Shown piece after piece: positions 1 to 10,576 of a stretch of 64,000 bases of DNA. Where the stretch lies: assembly GCA_049325595.1 (NCBI GenBank), contig JBMOLF010000015.1, forward strand, positions 1-64,000, given 5' to 3'. The DNA comes from Candidatus Babelota bacterium. Lineage in GTDB: Bacteria; Babelota; Babeliae; Babelales; Vermiphilaceae. The first letter of the stretch is position 1, and every line of letters begins with the position of its first letter. The position numbers and the translations under genes were made by a program. The notes under the pieces were generated by a model, which saw only the letters and a program-made list of their open reading frames with translations, was not told where the DNA came from and did no database searches.

Positions 1-126
1 GCATCCAACAATGGAATCGCGGCATCAAATTCTGCTGGACAAAGACTAAAGATTCTTTTCTGGCTCTTTGCCAATTAGCTTCTGCAATTCATAATTTTAG
101 GCTCGTGGGAATTTTCGGATAAGCTC
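1..126 (+). mobile_element. Right end of a probable IS5-family insertion sequence (transposase C-terminus 3..122 plus terminal IR ending ...TTTTCGGATAAGCTC, followed by TTA/TAA)
   Basis: Frame 3 reads IQQWNRGIKFCWTKTKDSFLALCQLASAIHNFRLVGIFG*, which resembles IS5 DDE transposase C-termini. The reverse complement of the end begins GAG, and a TWA-type target follows, as in IS1031-like elements. Left part lies outside the window. Confidence 0.5.
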
Positions 127-230
127 TTAATAAGAATCCCGAATTTAGAAAAAAAATAAAAGAAGCTCAAGAAAAATTTGATAAGAAAAAAGAAAATGTA
201 TAAATCGTGACCTAACTAAAGGAGAGAAGC

Positions 231-563
231 ATGGCACGTTATGGGAAAAAGGCGCAAACTAAAGTAGAAAAGGTTATGCGCGAATACAAAGAAGGAACAT
301 TAAAAAGTGGTAAAAGCCACAAACCAGTTAAAAGCCGTAAGCAAGCTATAGCAATTGGGTTATCTGAAGCGCGTAAAGCAGGGGCAAAAGTTCCTAAAAA
401 AGCTTCTTCGCGTACTAGTAAGTCAAAAACAGCTCATAGCAAATCAGCATATAGTAAATCTAGCTATTCAAGCGCTGGTAAAAAGAGCACGTCCGGTCGT
501 TCAAGATCACATGCGGGTAGAACGAGGTCTGCAAAAAGCAGCTCCCGAGCAAAAAGATCTTAA
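231..563 (+). CDS. DUF6496-type small basic protein with Lys/Ser/Arg-rich tail
   Basis: KVEKVMREYKEGTLKSG...KSRKQAIAIGLSEARKAG motif; AGGAG RBS upstream. Confidence 0.8.
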   Translation: MARYGKKAQTKVEKVMREYKEGTLKSGKSHKPVKSRKQAIAIGLSEARKAGAKVPKKASSRTSKSKTAHSKSAYSKSSYSSAGKKSTSGRSRSHAGRTRSAKSSSRAKRS

Positions 564-570
564 ACAAATA

Positions 571-600
571 AAAAGCACCGGCAAAGTACCGGTGCTTTTT
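571..600. terminator. Bidirectional intrinsic terminator
   Basis: AAAAGCACCGG-caaagta-CCGGTGCTTTTT between convergent genes. Confidence 0.8.
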
Positions 601-612
601 ATTATAAAGTTA

Positions 613-804
613 TTATAAACCTTGGGATGGAGGTGTTTTGCGTATTAAACGTAAGGCAAAAGAAACAAGGAATAATACGATAAATATAAAGAATAAAATT
701 TTTGCAATATACGCACTGTCAGCAGCAATGCCGGTAAAGCCAAATACCGCAGCGATAAGTGCAAAAATGAAAAATATAAGAGCCCAATCGAGTAACATAC
801 TCAA
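613..804 (-). CDS. DUF1328/UPF0391 (YtjA-like) small membrane protein
   Basis: [39 protein letters not shown] signature. Confidence 0.85.
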   Translation of the reverse strand: MSMLLDWALIFFIFALIAAVFGFTGIAADSAYIAKILFFIFIVLFLVSFALRLIRKTPPSQGL

Positions 805-827
805 TCTCCTTTAATGGGTGTAACAAA

Positions 828-1775
828 TTACGAAATTTCTCGTTCTAATACTTTTATATTACTATTAATCGAATTGAGGGTAATTTGTGCTTCGCCACTA
901 CCTAAAACGCCATCAGCACCTTTTTTAAATTGTTTCCAAGCATTAATATCAAGTTGTGTAGTAAATGGATTGAGGGTTATATAATGCTTACAAATAAATG
1001 TTCCTTTTTTTGTATGAGCATTTATGCGGGCATTAGTATCTTTAGGTAAATGGGCGACAATATTGCCATAGGTAGTATTAAGATCAATAATACTGGTGCT
1101 TGGTACTTGGCTAGAATACAGATCAATCTTGCCATTATAAGACTGTGCAATAACACTTCGTTGTGCATCTTGTATGGTAATGTCCCCATAGTAGGTAATT
1201 GCTTTTACCGTATTTTCTGCATGACGAATAGTTATTTTACCTTTTTCTTTTGAGTGGGCAGTTACTTTGTTTTGTGCCTTATCTATTTCAATATCGCCAA
1301 TTGAGGTGGTCAAAAATGCTTCGCTATGTAATGATTTTGCCTTAATATCACCTTGTTCAGTGGTTATATGCAGTGCAAGGGTAGTTGGCACGATAAGTTC
1401 CATATCAACGCGCCACTCGCCTTCTTGATTTGAGCACACCGGCTGTATAATGATACTTTCATTAGTTAATTGTGACTTAATTTGAATATGAGCTAATTTT
1501 TCTTGTGTTTGTGCCGATTTAGTTGCTTTTAAAAAAACTTTATTTTGGTTCCACTCAGTTTTTATATTAATTGAACCACAGTTGTTAGAAATGATTAGTT
1601 TTGATTGTTTTTCAGTCACAATATACTCTTGTGAGGTAGTGTCGGTACATTTTTTTTGTGGTACAACGCTATTGTACCACTTTTTATAAAACGGATCGCT
1701 CAAACAGTTGCTGTTAGCAAGTATTATACCTACAATAAGTACAAAGCGAATAAGTGAAAAATAGTTTTGTTTCAT
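828..1775 (-). CDS. DUF4097-like beta-strand repeat (adhesin-like) exported protein
   Basis: Repeated T..GDI.I motifs and signal peptide; start moved to ATG 1775, which has an AAGGA RBS. Confidence 0.7.
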   Translation of the reverse strand: MKQNYFSLIRFVLIVGIILANSNCLSDPFYKKWYNSVVPQKKCTDTTSQEYIVTEKQSKLIISNNCGSINIKTEWNQNKVFLKATKSAQTQEKLAHIQIKSQLTNESIIIQPVCSNQEGEWRVDMELIVPTTLALHITTEQGDIKAKSLHSEAFLTTSIGDIEIDKAQNKVTAHSKEKGKITIRHAENTVKAITYYGDITIQDAQRSVIAQSYNGKIDLYSSQVPSTSIIDLNTTYGNIVAHLPKDTNARINAHTKKGTFICKHYITLNPFTTQLDINAWKQFKKGADGVLGSGEAQITLNSINSNIKVLEREIS

Positions 1776-1813
1776 CTTATTATCCTTTGCAAAAAGATTG
1801 GTTATCAAAGCAT

Positions 1814-3217
1814 ATGAAGTCTACAAAAATTGAGACCGCAGTTCAAAGTATCTTGCAAAAAATAACTACCGAATATCCATTAGTACCAGAAATTGCTCAC
1901 GCTATTTCAAATGCGGGCGGTCGAACATTGCTCGTTGGTGGTGCGGTAAGAGATGCGCTATTAGGCAAGCAAGTAAAAGATCTTGATATTGAAGTGCATG
2001 GTATAGCACTTAATGAACTAGAGCAGATATTAAAGCGCTATGGACCAGTAAGTTTAGTGGGCAAAGTATTTGGCGTATTGCGGTTGCATGGTCTTGATGT
2101 TGATTGGTCGTTGCCGCGAACAGATTTAAGTGGAAGAAAGCCTATCGTTACTATAGATCCTTACATGGGAATGACTCAGGCTTTTGCGCGAAGAGATTTA
2201 ACAATAAATGCTATGGGTATAGATCTAGTAACGCATGAATTAATAGATCCATTTAATGGCTACCAAGATTTACAAAAAGGCATATTGCGAGCAGCAGACC
2301 CATCTTTTTTTACTGAAGATCCATTGCGCTTTTATCGGGTTATGCAATTTGTTGGTCGATTTGAAATGCAGCCAGATGAACAGTTAAATAATTTATGCAA
2401 AGAGATGGACCTTTCAATGGTTTCAGTTGAGCGTATTGATGCTGAATTTGAAAAGCTTATGCTTAAATCAAAGCGACCTTCACTAGGAATACGTTGGCTT
2501 GATGACATTGGTAGACTCAATGAACTGCTTCCTGAACTTGCAGTGACCAAAAACGTAAAACAAGATCCTCAATGGCATCCAGAAGGATCGGTCTTTGAGC
2601 ATACTATGCAAACTATCGATGCGGCAGCATTATTATCTTATGATTCACTAGATGAAAAATTAATACTTATGTATGCGGCATTGTGTCATGATCTTGGTAA
2701 AGTGAGTACAACAGAATTTATTGATGAACGCTTACGCAGTCGCGGGCATGATGTTGAAGGTGAAGAGCCAACAAAACATCTTTTAAAACGCATCACCCGA
2801 AAAAAATGGTTAAAAGATGCGGTGGTCAAATTAGTACGTTATCATTTAATGCCCTTTCAATTTATAACTAATGAGGCACGACCATCAGCATACAAGCGTT
2901 TGGCCAATAAATTATATCCTGATGCAACGCTGCAAATGCTTGGCAAGTTAGCCTTAGCCGATCGCCAAGGTCGTAATGCGCATGGCAGTACACCATTACA
3001 CATTATTCCTCAAGAACTAGAATTATATTTAAAACGTGCTCATAAGGCTGGTGTCATAGAACGTAAAGAAGAACCTATTTTGCATGGCAGGGATTTGATG
3101 CCCTATGTAGAACCCGGTCCCAAAATGGGTGAGTTGTTAAAGCGTGCTTATGAACTGCAAATTGAGCAGGGAATACAAGATAAAGAAGAGCTACTCAAAT
3201 TAATTTTAGAAAAATAA
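1814..3217 (+). CDS. cca: CCA-adding tRNA nucleotidyltransferase with HD domain
   Basis: LVGGAVRD, DLDIEV, RRDLTINAM, EDPLR, HPEG..FEHT and HDLGK motifs. Confidence 0.9.
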   Translation: MKSTKIETAVQSILQKITTEYPLVPEIAHAISNAGGRTLLVGGAVRDALLGKQVKDLDIEVHGIALNELEQILKRYGPVSLVGKVFGVLRLHGLDVDWSLPRTDLSGRKPIVTIDPYMGMTQAFARRDLTINAMGIDLVTHELIDPFNGYQDLQKGILRAADPSFFTEDPLRFYRVMQFVGRFEMQPDEQLNNLCKEMDLSMVSVERIDAEFEKLMLKSKRPSLGIRWLDDIGRLNELLPELAVTKNVKQDPQWHPEGSVFEHTMQTIDAAALLSYDSLDEKLILMYAALCHDLGKVSTTEFIDERLRSRGHDVEGEEPTKHLLKRITRKKWLKDAVVKLVRYHLMPFQFITNEARPSAYKRLANKLYPDATLQMLGKLALADRQGRNAHGSTPLHIIPQELELYLKRAHKAGVIERKEEPILHGRDLMPYVEPGPKMGELLKRAYELQIEQGIQDKEELLKLILEK

Positions 3218-3255
3218 TGAATTACTAATTTTGAGTGTGAATGTGAATGAGTATT

Positions 3256-4401
3256 TTATTCAAAAATAATTTTATTGTCATCAGGATTAGTTATTCGATC
3301 ATGATAAACAAGATACCACTCAGCAATAAAAGGTAGAAGGCAAGCCAGCATAATGCCCCGGCGAATTATTGCATTTTCAACAAGAGGTGTTGAGGGATAG
3401 TAAAGCGAAAAAAACAGAACTATTGTTATTAATTCTACCATGGCTAGACGATTGTAATGTTTTGTGTATTGATAGCTGCCATTAAGTGAACTCAGAATTT
3501 TTTGTAATTGATCATCAGTTTTTTTATTATTTGTTTTAGTTAAATAGATGGTGCATTGTTTAGGATATCTTTGAATTTTTGACTCTTCAATTGTTGTTAT
3601 CGGATTGTTTCTCAAATCAAGAGTAAAATTATCGGGTAATTGTGCTAAATTAGGCAAATCTAGTTTGGCAATAGCATTATTTTTCAATTCTAAAGATAAT
3701 AAATTTGGAAACACACTCAATATTTTTTTAATACTAAAATCACTAACGTAGTTGTATTGGATGCTTAGTGTTTTAATTCTTTCGCGTTCTTCTCTAGTTT
3801 TCAAGCCAGATATTGTTGTTAAATAATTTATATCATCTAATGAATAAATTTCTTGGCCAGCCCAAAGATGTAACTTTGATTGAGTTAGCGAGATTTGTTT
3901 TATTTGGTTTTGTTTTCCTTGTAGCAAATAATGTTTAACGCCTAATATTTTTTTTAGATCTTCATATTCATTTGATTTATAGTAATGGCAATACACTTTT
4001 ACATATGATTTAGCTAGCGGATAAAAAATTTTATCTTGAGCGCTTAAAAAATCAGCTAGCTGATAAACTTCATTAAATTCATCTCCAGAAAGAAATTCTA
4101 ATTTGTCCCTAAGAAGAAGCGATAAATTTTTTTTAGTAACACACTTGGGTAGATATTCGGGTAATTGAATAACAAATTTTTTATGTTGTGATGCGGTGCA
4201 ATCTAAAGCATTTTTAAAAAAGCTGAATTTTTTTGCCTGAGAGTATGGAATGGTAATGCGACTTCTATTGCGGAATATGATGGTGATATCTTGGTTTGAT
4301 TGGATAGATTTGTTGTTATTAAATAGCTTCTCGATACACAGCAGCGGAAAACAATGGATAAAGAATGTAATTAAAAACAAATTAATAATCATAGGTATCA
4401 C
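3256..4401 (-). CDS. Exported LRR protein with N-terminal Skp1/BTB-like region and two C-terminal TM helices
   Basis: LRR motifs (LLSLELKNNAIAKL, TLDLRNNPITTI), signal peptide, hydrophobic C-terminus. Confidence 0.6.
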   Translation of the reverse strand: MIPMIINLFLITFFIHCFPLLCIEKLFNNNKSIQSNQDITIIFRNRSRITIPYSQAKKFSFFKNALDCTASQHKKFVIQLPEYLPKCVTKKNLSLLLRDKLEFLSGDEFNEVYQLADFLSAQDKIFYPLAKSYVKVYCHYYKSNEYEDLKKILGVKHYLLQGKQNQIKQISLTQSKLHLWAGQEIYSLDDINYLTTISGLKTREERERIKTLSIQYNYVSDFSIKKILSVFPNLLSLELKNNAIAKLDLPNLAQLPDNFTLDLRNNPITTIEESKIQRYPKQCTIYLTKTNNKKTDDQLQKILSSLNGSYQYTKHYNRLAMVELITIVLFFSLYYPSTPLVENAIIRRGIMLACLLPFIAEWYLVYHDRITNPDDNKIIFE

Positions 4402-4527
4402 GACACGATAATTTAATAATAACGATTTGAGGGTTAGATTTTTATTTTAATAAGTTATTGTTTAATGTAAAAATAATAATATTTTGATACACTTTGAGTG
4501 TTTTAATTTTCTGTGAAAGGTTTGAGT

Positions 4528-5220
4528 ATGTTAAAATGGTTTGAAGGTAATGCCATATGGCAATTAGTAATGCAATCAGATGCAATAAGTAAAGCAGTTT
4601 TGCTTATATTATTTTTCTTATCTCTTGCATGTTGGACGCTCTTTTTTTATAAGCTTTTTAAATTTCGTACATTAAAAAAACATCTGCAGTTAGCAATTGA
4701 ACAAACCCGGAGTGTTTATCATTTTGATGGGATGATCGAATGTGTGCAACGCCATTCGGCTACACCAGCAGGTTATTTATTAAGTAAATGCTTAGGACAT
4801 GCAAAATCATTGTATGAAGCTGCTAAAAGCAAAAGTAGACTTGGCCTTAATTCAGACGATAAAGCTGAATTGCAAGATGAATCAGATAAAGTGGTCGATG
4901 ATATTATTGCAGAACAAGAAGAATTTTTACCTTTATTTTCCGCAACGGCAGCCATTTCACCGTTGCTTGGTTTATTTGGTACTGTATGGGGATTAGTGCA
5001 TGCTTTTATACGTATTAGTGAACGCCAATCAGCAGATATTGCAACCGTAGCACCTGGTATTGCCGAAGCGCTTATCACGACATTGGCAGGACTTATTGTT
5101 GCTATTCCTGCACTGCTTATGTTTGTGTATCTTAATACACAAATTAAGCATATTGAACAAAAATGCTATGCACTCGTAGACAAATGTGTATCTGCTGCTC
5201 ATCGCTCATTAATGCATTAA
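4528..5220 (+). CDS. tolQ: MotA/TolQ/ExbB proton channel protein
   Basis: SPLLGLFGTVWG and VAPGIAEALITTLAGL.VAIPA motifs. Confidence 0.9.
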   Translation: MLKWFEGNAIWQLVMQSDAISKAVLLILFFLSLACWTLFFYKLFKFRTLKKHLQLAIEQTRSVYHFDGMIECVQRHSATPAGYLLSKCLGHAKSLYEAAKSKSRLGLNSDDKAELQDESDKVVDDIIAEQEEFLPLFSATAAISPLLGLFGTVWGLVHAFIRISERQSADIATVAPGIAEALITTLAGLIVAIPALLMFVYLNTQIKHIEQKCYALVDKCVSAAHRSLMH

Positions 5221-5234
5221 AAAAGGAGTGTGCA

Positions 5235-5645
5235 ATGGCACGTAGTAGAAGAAAAAAAAGATCTGCGGCAGCTATTCCTGAAATTACCTTAACACCTCTT
5301 ATTGATACTGCACTTACGTTGCTTATTATTTTTATGGTAACGTCACCCATGTTAAACAACTCAATTAAAATTGATTTGCCGCGTGGTAAGGTGCAGGAAG
5401 ATAAAGCAACGCAGCAAGAGTTAGTTGTGTTTATAGATAAGAGCAAACAGATATTTCTTAATGGTAAAACCGTTACAAAACCGCAACTGTTGCAACAGCT
5501 ACAAGAAAAATTAACCGGCTCTCAAAAACCAGTAATAGTCAAAGGTGACAAGCAAGTTGACTATGGCTTTGTTTTTGAACTTGTAGATGAGGTTAAAACA
5601 ATACCAGGTATAAGTCATGTGGCGTTGGCAAGTCAAAAAGTATAA
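5235..5645 (+). CDS. tolR: TolR/ExbD protein
   Basis: PEITLTPLIDTALTLLIIFMVTSP motif; AAGGAG RBS before ATG 5235. Confidence 0.85.
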   Translation: MARSRRKKRSAAAIPEITLTPLIDTALTLLIIFMVTSPMLNNSIKIDLPRGKVQEDKATQQELVVFIDKSKQIFLNGKTVTKPQLLQQLQEKLTGSQKPVIVKGDKQVDYGFVFELVDEVKTIPGISHVALASQKV

Positions 5646-6510
5646 AGAATTCATTAGTGAAAATCACATTTTTTTTACGGCGTTGGCATTGGCCAGCGCC
5701 GGTCATTTGTTTTTGTTACTTTTTTTTATTGTTGGTTATAAAACCAATAATGAATTACATATAACCATAAAACAATCATATGCACCTGCCCAAGTGGTTT
5801 TAATGCCGCTGGTTAAACGTACCCAACCGGTACCCCAAAAAAACAATCAACAACCTAAGCCTATTACGGTAAGCAAAAAAATAAGCAAGACTACAACACC
5901 TAAAACAACGGCTATAAAAAAAGCAGAAACTAACATAAAGCCTGAACCAACTAAAAAATCAGTACAAAAAAGTTCACCAAAAAAAACAGTAGCACTCAAA
6001 GAAGCATCAAAAAAAACCGTACCGCAAAAAAAAGAAGAAGTAGTGCGGGCCAAAAAAACTATTGAAAAAAAAGAAACACAACCAACAAAGCCTCAAGAGA
6101 AAAAACAACTAGCTGAACAAAAAATAGTGGAGAAAGCACCAAAAGAAGAAACTAAAGTAACTCCTATTAAGGAGTTAGCTAAACAAAAAGAAGTTGCTCG
6201 CGCAGATGTAGTTGAAATACCTCAAGAACCGATATATGTCGGGTATGAACAATATCAAGAACTAGAAATGCAAGAATATTTCCGCCAAGAAATAGTGCGA
6301 AACTGGTCGCCACCGCCAGGATTTAGTAACGATACGGCGTGTGAAATAAAGTTGGTTATTTCAGGATCAGGTGTTATTGAAAAAATTGAGGTATGTAAAT
6401 CTTCAGGAAGTCTTGCGTATGATACGTCAGTTAAGCTTGCAGTAAAATTAATCAATGTGCCAAAATGGGCTTATAATAAATCAATACATTTGTATTTTAA
6501 ACAATCATAG
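5617..6510 (+). CDS. tolA: TolA/TonB-like energy transducer
   Basis: N-terminal TM with His, long Lys/Glu/Pro-rich linker, TonB_C-like end (NWSPP...SSGSLAYD); position in tol cluster. Confidence 0.7.
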   Translation: MWRWQVKKYKEFISENHIFFTALALASAGHLFLLLFFIVGYKTNNELHITIKQSYAPAQVVLMPLVKRTQPVPQKNNQQPKPITVSKKISKTTTPKTTAIKKAETNIKPEPTKKSVQKSSPKKTVALKEASKKTVPQKKEEVVRAKKTIEKKETQPTKPQEKKQLAEQKIVEKAPKEETKVTPIKELAKQKEVARADVVEIPQEPIYVGYEQYQELEMQEYFRQEIVRNWSPPPGFSNDTACEIKLVISGSGVIEKIEVCKSSGSLAYDTSVKLAVKLINVPKWAYNKSIHLYFKQS

Positions 6511-6520
6511 AAAGATAAGC

Positions 6521-7798
6521 ATGTTGTTATTACTTTTGTTGTTAATCTCTTCTTTTGTGTCATGTACTACAGATGCGTCTTTAGAATTTTCGGTAGCTGC
6601 AGAACAGTACAAAGTAATGAAAATAAAATTATATGTTGTTCTACCCAGCAATAAAAATATGGTTGATTTAGATCTTGTATCTTCTACGGTAAAAAAAGAT
6701 TTAGAATTTACAAAGCAGTTTGCACTGGACTTACAAATAGGAAATGCATTACCCCAACGTGCTGAAATTGTTTCTTGGGCACAACACGATATTCCCTTTG
6801 CGGTATTTGTAACTTTTACCAATGATTCAATTGAATGGCGTTTATATGACACAAGCCAAGTTGCTATGATTAAAGGTAAAAAAATTGAGCTTGAGAAAAA
6901 CAATCGCATCTTAGCCCATCGTCTAGCAGATAGCTTATGGCAAGAATTAACGGGCAAAAAAGGTTTTTTTTCAACAAAAATTGCTTATTGTAAAGAGCGT
7001 AGCTATAAAAAGAAGCTTATTAAATCTATTTATATAGCCGATTACGATGGTTCTTACGAACAATGTGTCATTGATTCGCCTACTTTAAATATTGCTCCTC
7101 GGTGGAACAACGATTATGATAATCCGCTCTTATTTTTTTCAGAATTAACCAATACCAATATGCGTCTTGCCTCAATTGACTTTAAGGGGCATAAAAAAAT
7201 TGCTTCTAATTTTGCCGGGCTTAATATGCTGCCCTCGTTTTCAGATGATGGTAAAGCCGTGGTATATGCAGCTTCTCGTGGTGCAGGAAATTGTCAATTG
7301 TACTATTACAAAAAGGGATACTTTAAGCGCTTGACTCATAATACGGGCAATAATGTTTCTCCGGTTTTTATTGATGATAATACCCTTGCATTTTGCTCTG
7401 ATTTTAAAAATGGTAAGCCCCATTTGTATACTTACGATTTAAAAACGGGAGCTATTGAATTACTTTCTGAAGGGTACTGCTGTACACCAACTTACAATAG
7501 CACAAGTAAATTGCTGGCCTATGGCAAAATGGTAAAAGGGTGTTTACAACTATTTACCTATCATACGGTTACCAAGGAGCATACTCAAATTACTTTTGAC
7601 CCAACCAATAAAGAAGAATGTAGTTGGTCTCCCTGCGGTAGTTTTTTGTTATACGCAAGTGAAAACAAGGGTCAAAGTCGCATTGCTATGTTTAATATTG
7701 CTACCAATCAAATGAGCTATATAACCAGTTCAAAAGATAAATGTAGCTACCCTGTCTGGTCGGGTAATTACCGTGTTATACCTAACACTTGGTTATAA
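6521..7798 (+). CDS. tolB: TolB-like periplasmic beta-propeller protein
   Basis: AHRLAD..G.KGFFSTKIAY, ADYDG, PD40 repeats (PSFSDDG, WSPCG). Confidence 0.8.
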   Translation: MLLLLLLLISSFVSCTTDASLEFSVAAEQYKVMKIKLYVVLPSNKNMVDLDLVSSTVKKDLEFTKQFALDLQIGNALPQRAEIVSWAQHDIPFAVFVTFTNDSIEWRLYDTSQVAMIKGKKIELEKNNRILAHRLADSLWQELTGKKGFFSTKIAYCKERSYKKKLIKSIYIADYDGSYEQCVIDSPTLNIAPRWNNDYDNPLLFFSELTNTNMRLASIDFKGHKKIASNFAGLNMLPSFSDDGKAVVYAASRGAGNCQLYYYKKGYFKRLTHNTGNNVSPVFIDDNTLAFCSDFKNGKPHLYTYDLKTGAIELLSEGYCCTPTYNSTSKLLAYGKMVKGCLQLFTYHTVTKEHTQITFDPTNKEECSWSPCGSFLLYASENKGQSRIAMFNIATNQMSYITSSKDKCSYPVWSGNYRVIPNTWL

Positions 7799-7945
7799 AT
7801 ATCGACAATTTTCTTTGCATAGCGTATAATTTTAACTATAATAATCAAATTTAAATCACTCAAAATTTTCTAATAGAAAATTGATGGCCGTGCTCGCACA
7901 AGCGAATGAAAAATCTTTTGCAATAACTTTTAAACAAGGTGAAGC

Positions 7946-9763
7946 ATGAATAAGAACAAAAAGAATCAATTAGTGCCAGGAGGCATGAAACATATTTTAT
8001 TTGGTGCTTTGTTTGTACTAGCATCAATTTTCCTCCTTTCTCGATTAAGTGATTATGCAAGAAGCATTGACGTTATTAGCTACTCAGATTTTCTTAAACG
8101 AGTAGAAGCAAATGATGTAAAATGGGTTCGTGTATATGGCCAAGAAGTAAAAGGTCTTCTAAACGATGGAAGTGCTTTTGAAACCGTTGTAGGCAATAAT
8201 CCAAATGATTGGGATTTGTTGCGCAAACACAATGTTGAATTTAGCGTGGTAAATCCTGCATCACAGATTAATATGTGGTATTTGGCCTTTTTCCTTGGAT
8301 TCTTAGGTCTTTTAATTGCCATAGCTTGGTTATTTATGCGTCAAGCACGTAATAGCAGTGGCAACTCAGGAAGCAATATTTTTACCATGGGTAAAAGCCG
8401 CGCACGCATGTTAATGCCTTCAAGCATTAAAGAGAATTTTAACTCAGTAGCCGGTGCTGCCGAAGCTAAAGAAGAATTAAAAGATATTGTTAACTTTTTA
8501 AAAGATCCTAAAAAATATAGCAGCTTGGGAGCTAAAATACCTCGCGGCGTATTGCTTATTGGCGAACCGGGTAATGGTAAAACCCTGCTGGCCAAAGCGG
8601 TGGCTGGCGAGGCAAATTGCCCTTTCTTTAGCATTAGTGGATCGGATTTTATTGAGGTATTTGTAGGCGTGGGTGCTTCTCGCGTACGTGATTTATTTGC
8701 CCAAGCCCGTAAGCATTCTCCAAGTATTATTTTTATTGATGAAATTGATGCGGTTGGCCGTCATCGTGGTAGTGGTCTTGGTGGTGGACACGATGAGCGT
8801 GAACAAACATTAAACCAATTATTAACTGAGATGGATGGATTCCAAACTGGTGAAGGTGCCGTAATCGTTCTGGCAGCAACTAATCGTCCTGATGTACTTG
8901 ATAAAGCGTTGTTGCGTCCTGGTCGTTTTGACCGTCGTGTCACCGTACCATATCCAGATATTAATAGCCGTGAACAAATTCTTAAAGTTCATGCTAAAGG
9001 GGTAAAAATTGATCCGGCAGTTGATCTGCATAAAATAGCCCGCGCTACACCAGGTTTTTCCGGTGCAGATTTGGCTAACTTAATTAATGAAGCTGCGTTA
9101 TTAGCATCAAAAAATAATCAATCGGCAGTTACGGTTAATGATTTTGAAGAAGCACGTGATAAGGTAATGGTCGGCAAAGCTAATAAATCTATAGTTATGA
9201 CTAAAGAAGATTTGAAAATGACTGCTTACCACGAAGCAGGGCATGCATTATTGTATGTCTTATTACCCGAAAATATGCCATTGCATAAAGTAACCGTAAT
9301 GCCAAGAGGGTCTGCCCTTGGTATTACCTGGGGTATACCAGATCGTGATAAACATACCGAGACTAAAGAAGAATGTTTGAGTTTCATCAAAATGTGTTTA
9401 GGTGGTCGCTTGGCTGAGCTTATGATATTTGGCAAGCTTACCTCTGGTGCGCATAATGATTACCAGCAAGCAACACAAGCTGCTAGAAAAATGGTTTGTG
9501 CATACGGAATGTCTGAAAATTTAGGACCGGTAAGTTATGCCATTGAAGGCTACCATGTTTCTCAGCGTACAGCTGAGCTTATCGATGAAGAAATTCGCCG
9601 TATTTTAAAAGAATGCGAAGCTGATGCGCGTCGTCTTTTAGAAGAAAATATTGATAAGCTTCACAAGTTGGCTGAAGTATTATTAGAAAAAGAAACGATA
9701 CCAGCTGAAGAAGTTTATGAGTTATTAGGCTTAGAACCGCGAGCAATTCATAGCTTTGTTTAA
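7946..9763 (+). CDS. ftsH: ATP-dependent zinc metalloprotease FtsH
   Basis: Two TMs, [33 protein letters not shown]. Confidence 0.97.
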   Translation: MNKNKKNQLVPGGMKHILFGALFVLASIFLLSRLSDYARSIDVISYSDFLKRVEANDVKWVRVYGQEVKGLLNDGSAFETVVGNNPNDWDLLRKHNVEFSVVNPASQINMWYLAFFLGFLGLLIAIAWLFMRQARNSSGNSGSNIFTMGKSRARMLMPSSIKENFNSVAGAAEAKEELKDIVNFLKDPKKYSSLGAKIPRGVLLIGEPGNGKTLLAKAVAGEANCPFFSISGSDFIEVFVGVGASRVRDLFAQARKHSPSIIFIDEIDAVGRHRGSGLGGGHDEREQTLNQLLTEMDGFQTGEGAVIVLAATNRPDVLDKALLRPGRFDRRVTVPYPDINSREQILKVHAKGVKIDPAVDLHKIARATPGFSGADLANLINEAALLASKNNQSAVTVNDFEEARDKVMVGKANKSIVMTKEDLKMTAYHEAGHALLYVLLPENMPLHKVTVMPRGSALGITWGIPDRDKHTETKEECLSFIKMCLGGRLAELMIFGKLTSGAHNDYQQATQAARKMVCAYGMSENLGPVSYAIEGYHVSQRTAELIDEEIRRILKECEADARRLLEENIDKLHKLAEVLLEKETIPAEEVYELLGLEPRAIHSFV

Positions 9764-9770
9764 AAAAGAA

Positions 9771-9818
9771 TATTTACTAAAAAGGGCTGGCTTAATTGCC
9801 GGCCTTTTTTAGTAAATA
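9771..9818 (+). terminator. Intrinsic terminator after ftsH
   Basis: AAAAAGGGCTGGC-ttaatt-GCCGGCCTTTTTT hairpin, extended by TATTTACTA/TAGTAAATA. Confidence 0.75.
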
Positions 9819-9935
9819 TATAAATTTCTATTTGAAAAAATATTAAAAATAATATCAATTTGATTTGATAAATTTTTTTAGTATATTCTTTTTTTATTAT
9901 TACTATTAATTATAGAAGCGACTCTTGGAGGATTC

Positions 9936-10565
9936 ATGAAAAAATTATTGCTGTTGTCTTTATTGAGTTTAAACGCTATAGCTTTTATTCAGAGCATGGT
10001 AGAGAGAGATTTTCTTTTAACCAAGGGTGCAAGTCATTTCAACTTTTATTGGCCTAAGAAAAACTATTGGACAATGGGCACAAAAAATAAATATGGCCGG
10101 AGACGTTCATGTGATAATCCCGATGCGCCACGACAAGAAGCAGAAAATTTCTGTGCAGAAATAAGCAAGAATTTGGCGCATAATCCCAAAGAATATTCTG
10201 TTCAATTTATGCCCATAGAAAGTGACTGCAATCTGGTATTTGCGTACACCAGAGACCAGGAATCAAGGATTTCATTTGAAATAGGCTTTATTGCTTACAA
10301 AAATACAGCACATGAGGGTGTTGTTGAAATCACTCATTTAGCTGTTAATCCTTCATTTTGGCGTAATGGTATTGGTAGCATGTTAGTTAATTCTATAACA
10401 GTGGATAGTGCTATTCCCAATATTAAGAAGTTAGTTATTGCTATTGAAAAAGCTAATAACCGCGCTGCTTGTTTTTTAATAAAAAATGGATTCAGATATA
10501 CAAATGAGGTATATACTCAACAAAATACTGAAAAGTTATTTACCCTAGAAAAAAACATACAATAA
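9936..10565 (+). CDS. GNAT-family N-acetyltransferase with signal peptide
   Basis: HLAVNPSFWRNGIGSML (motif A), NNRAACFLIKNGF; MKKLLLLSLL signal. Confidence 0.8.
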   Translation: MKKLLLLSLLSLNAIAFIQSMVERDFLLTKGASHFNFYWPKKNYWTMGTKNKYGRRRSCDNPDAPRQEAENFCAEISKNLAHNPKEYSVQFMPIESDCNLVFAYTRDQESRISFEIGFIAYKNTAHEGVVEITHLAVNPSFWRNGIGSMLVNSITVDSAIPNIKKLVIAIEKANNRAACFLIKNGFRYTNEVYTQQNTEKLFTLEKNIQ

Positions 10566-10576
10566 TATTAAAAAGA

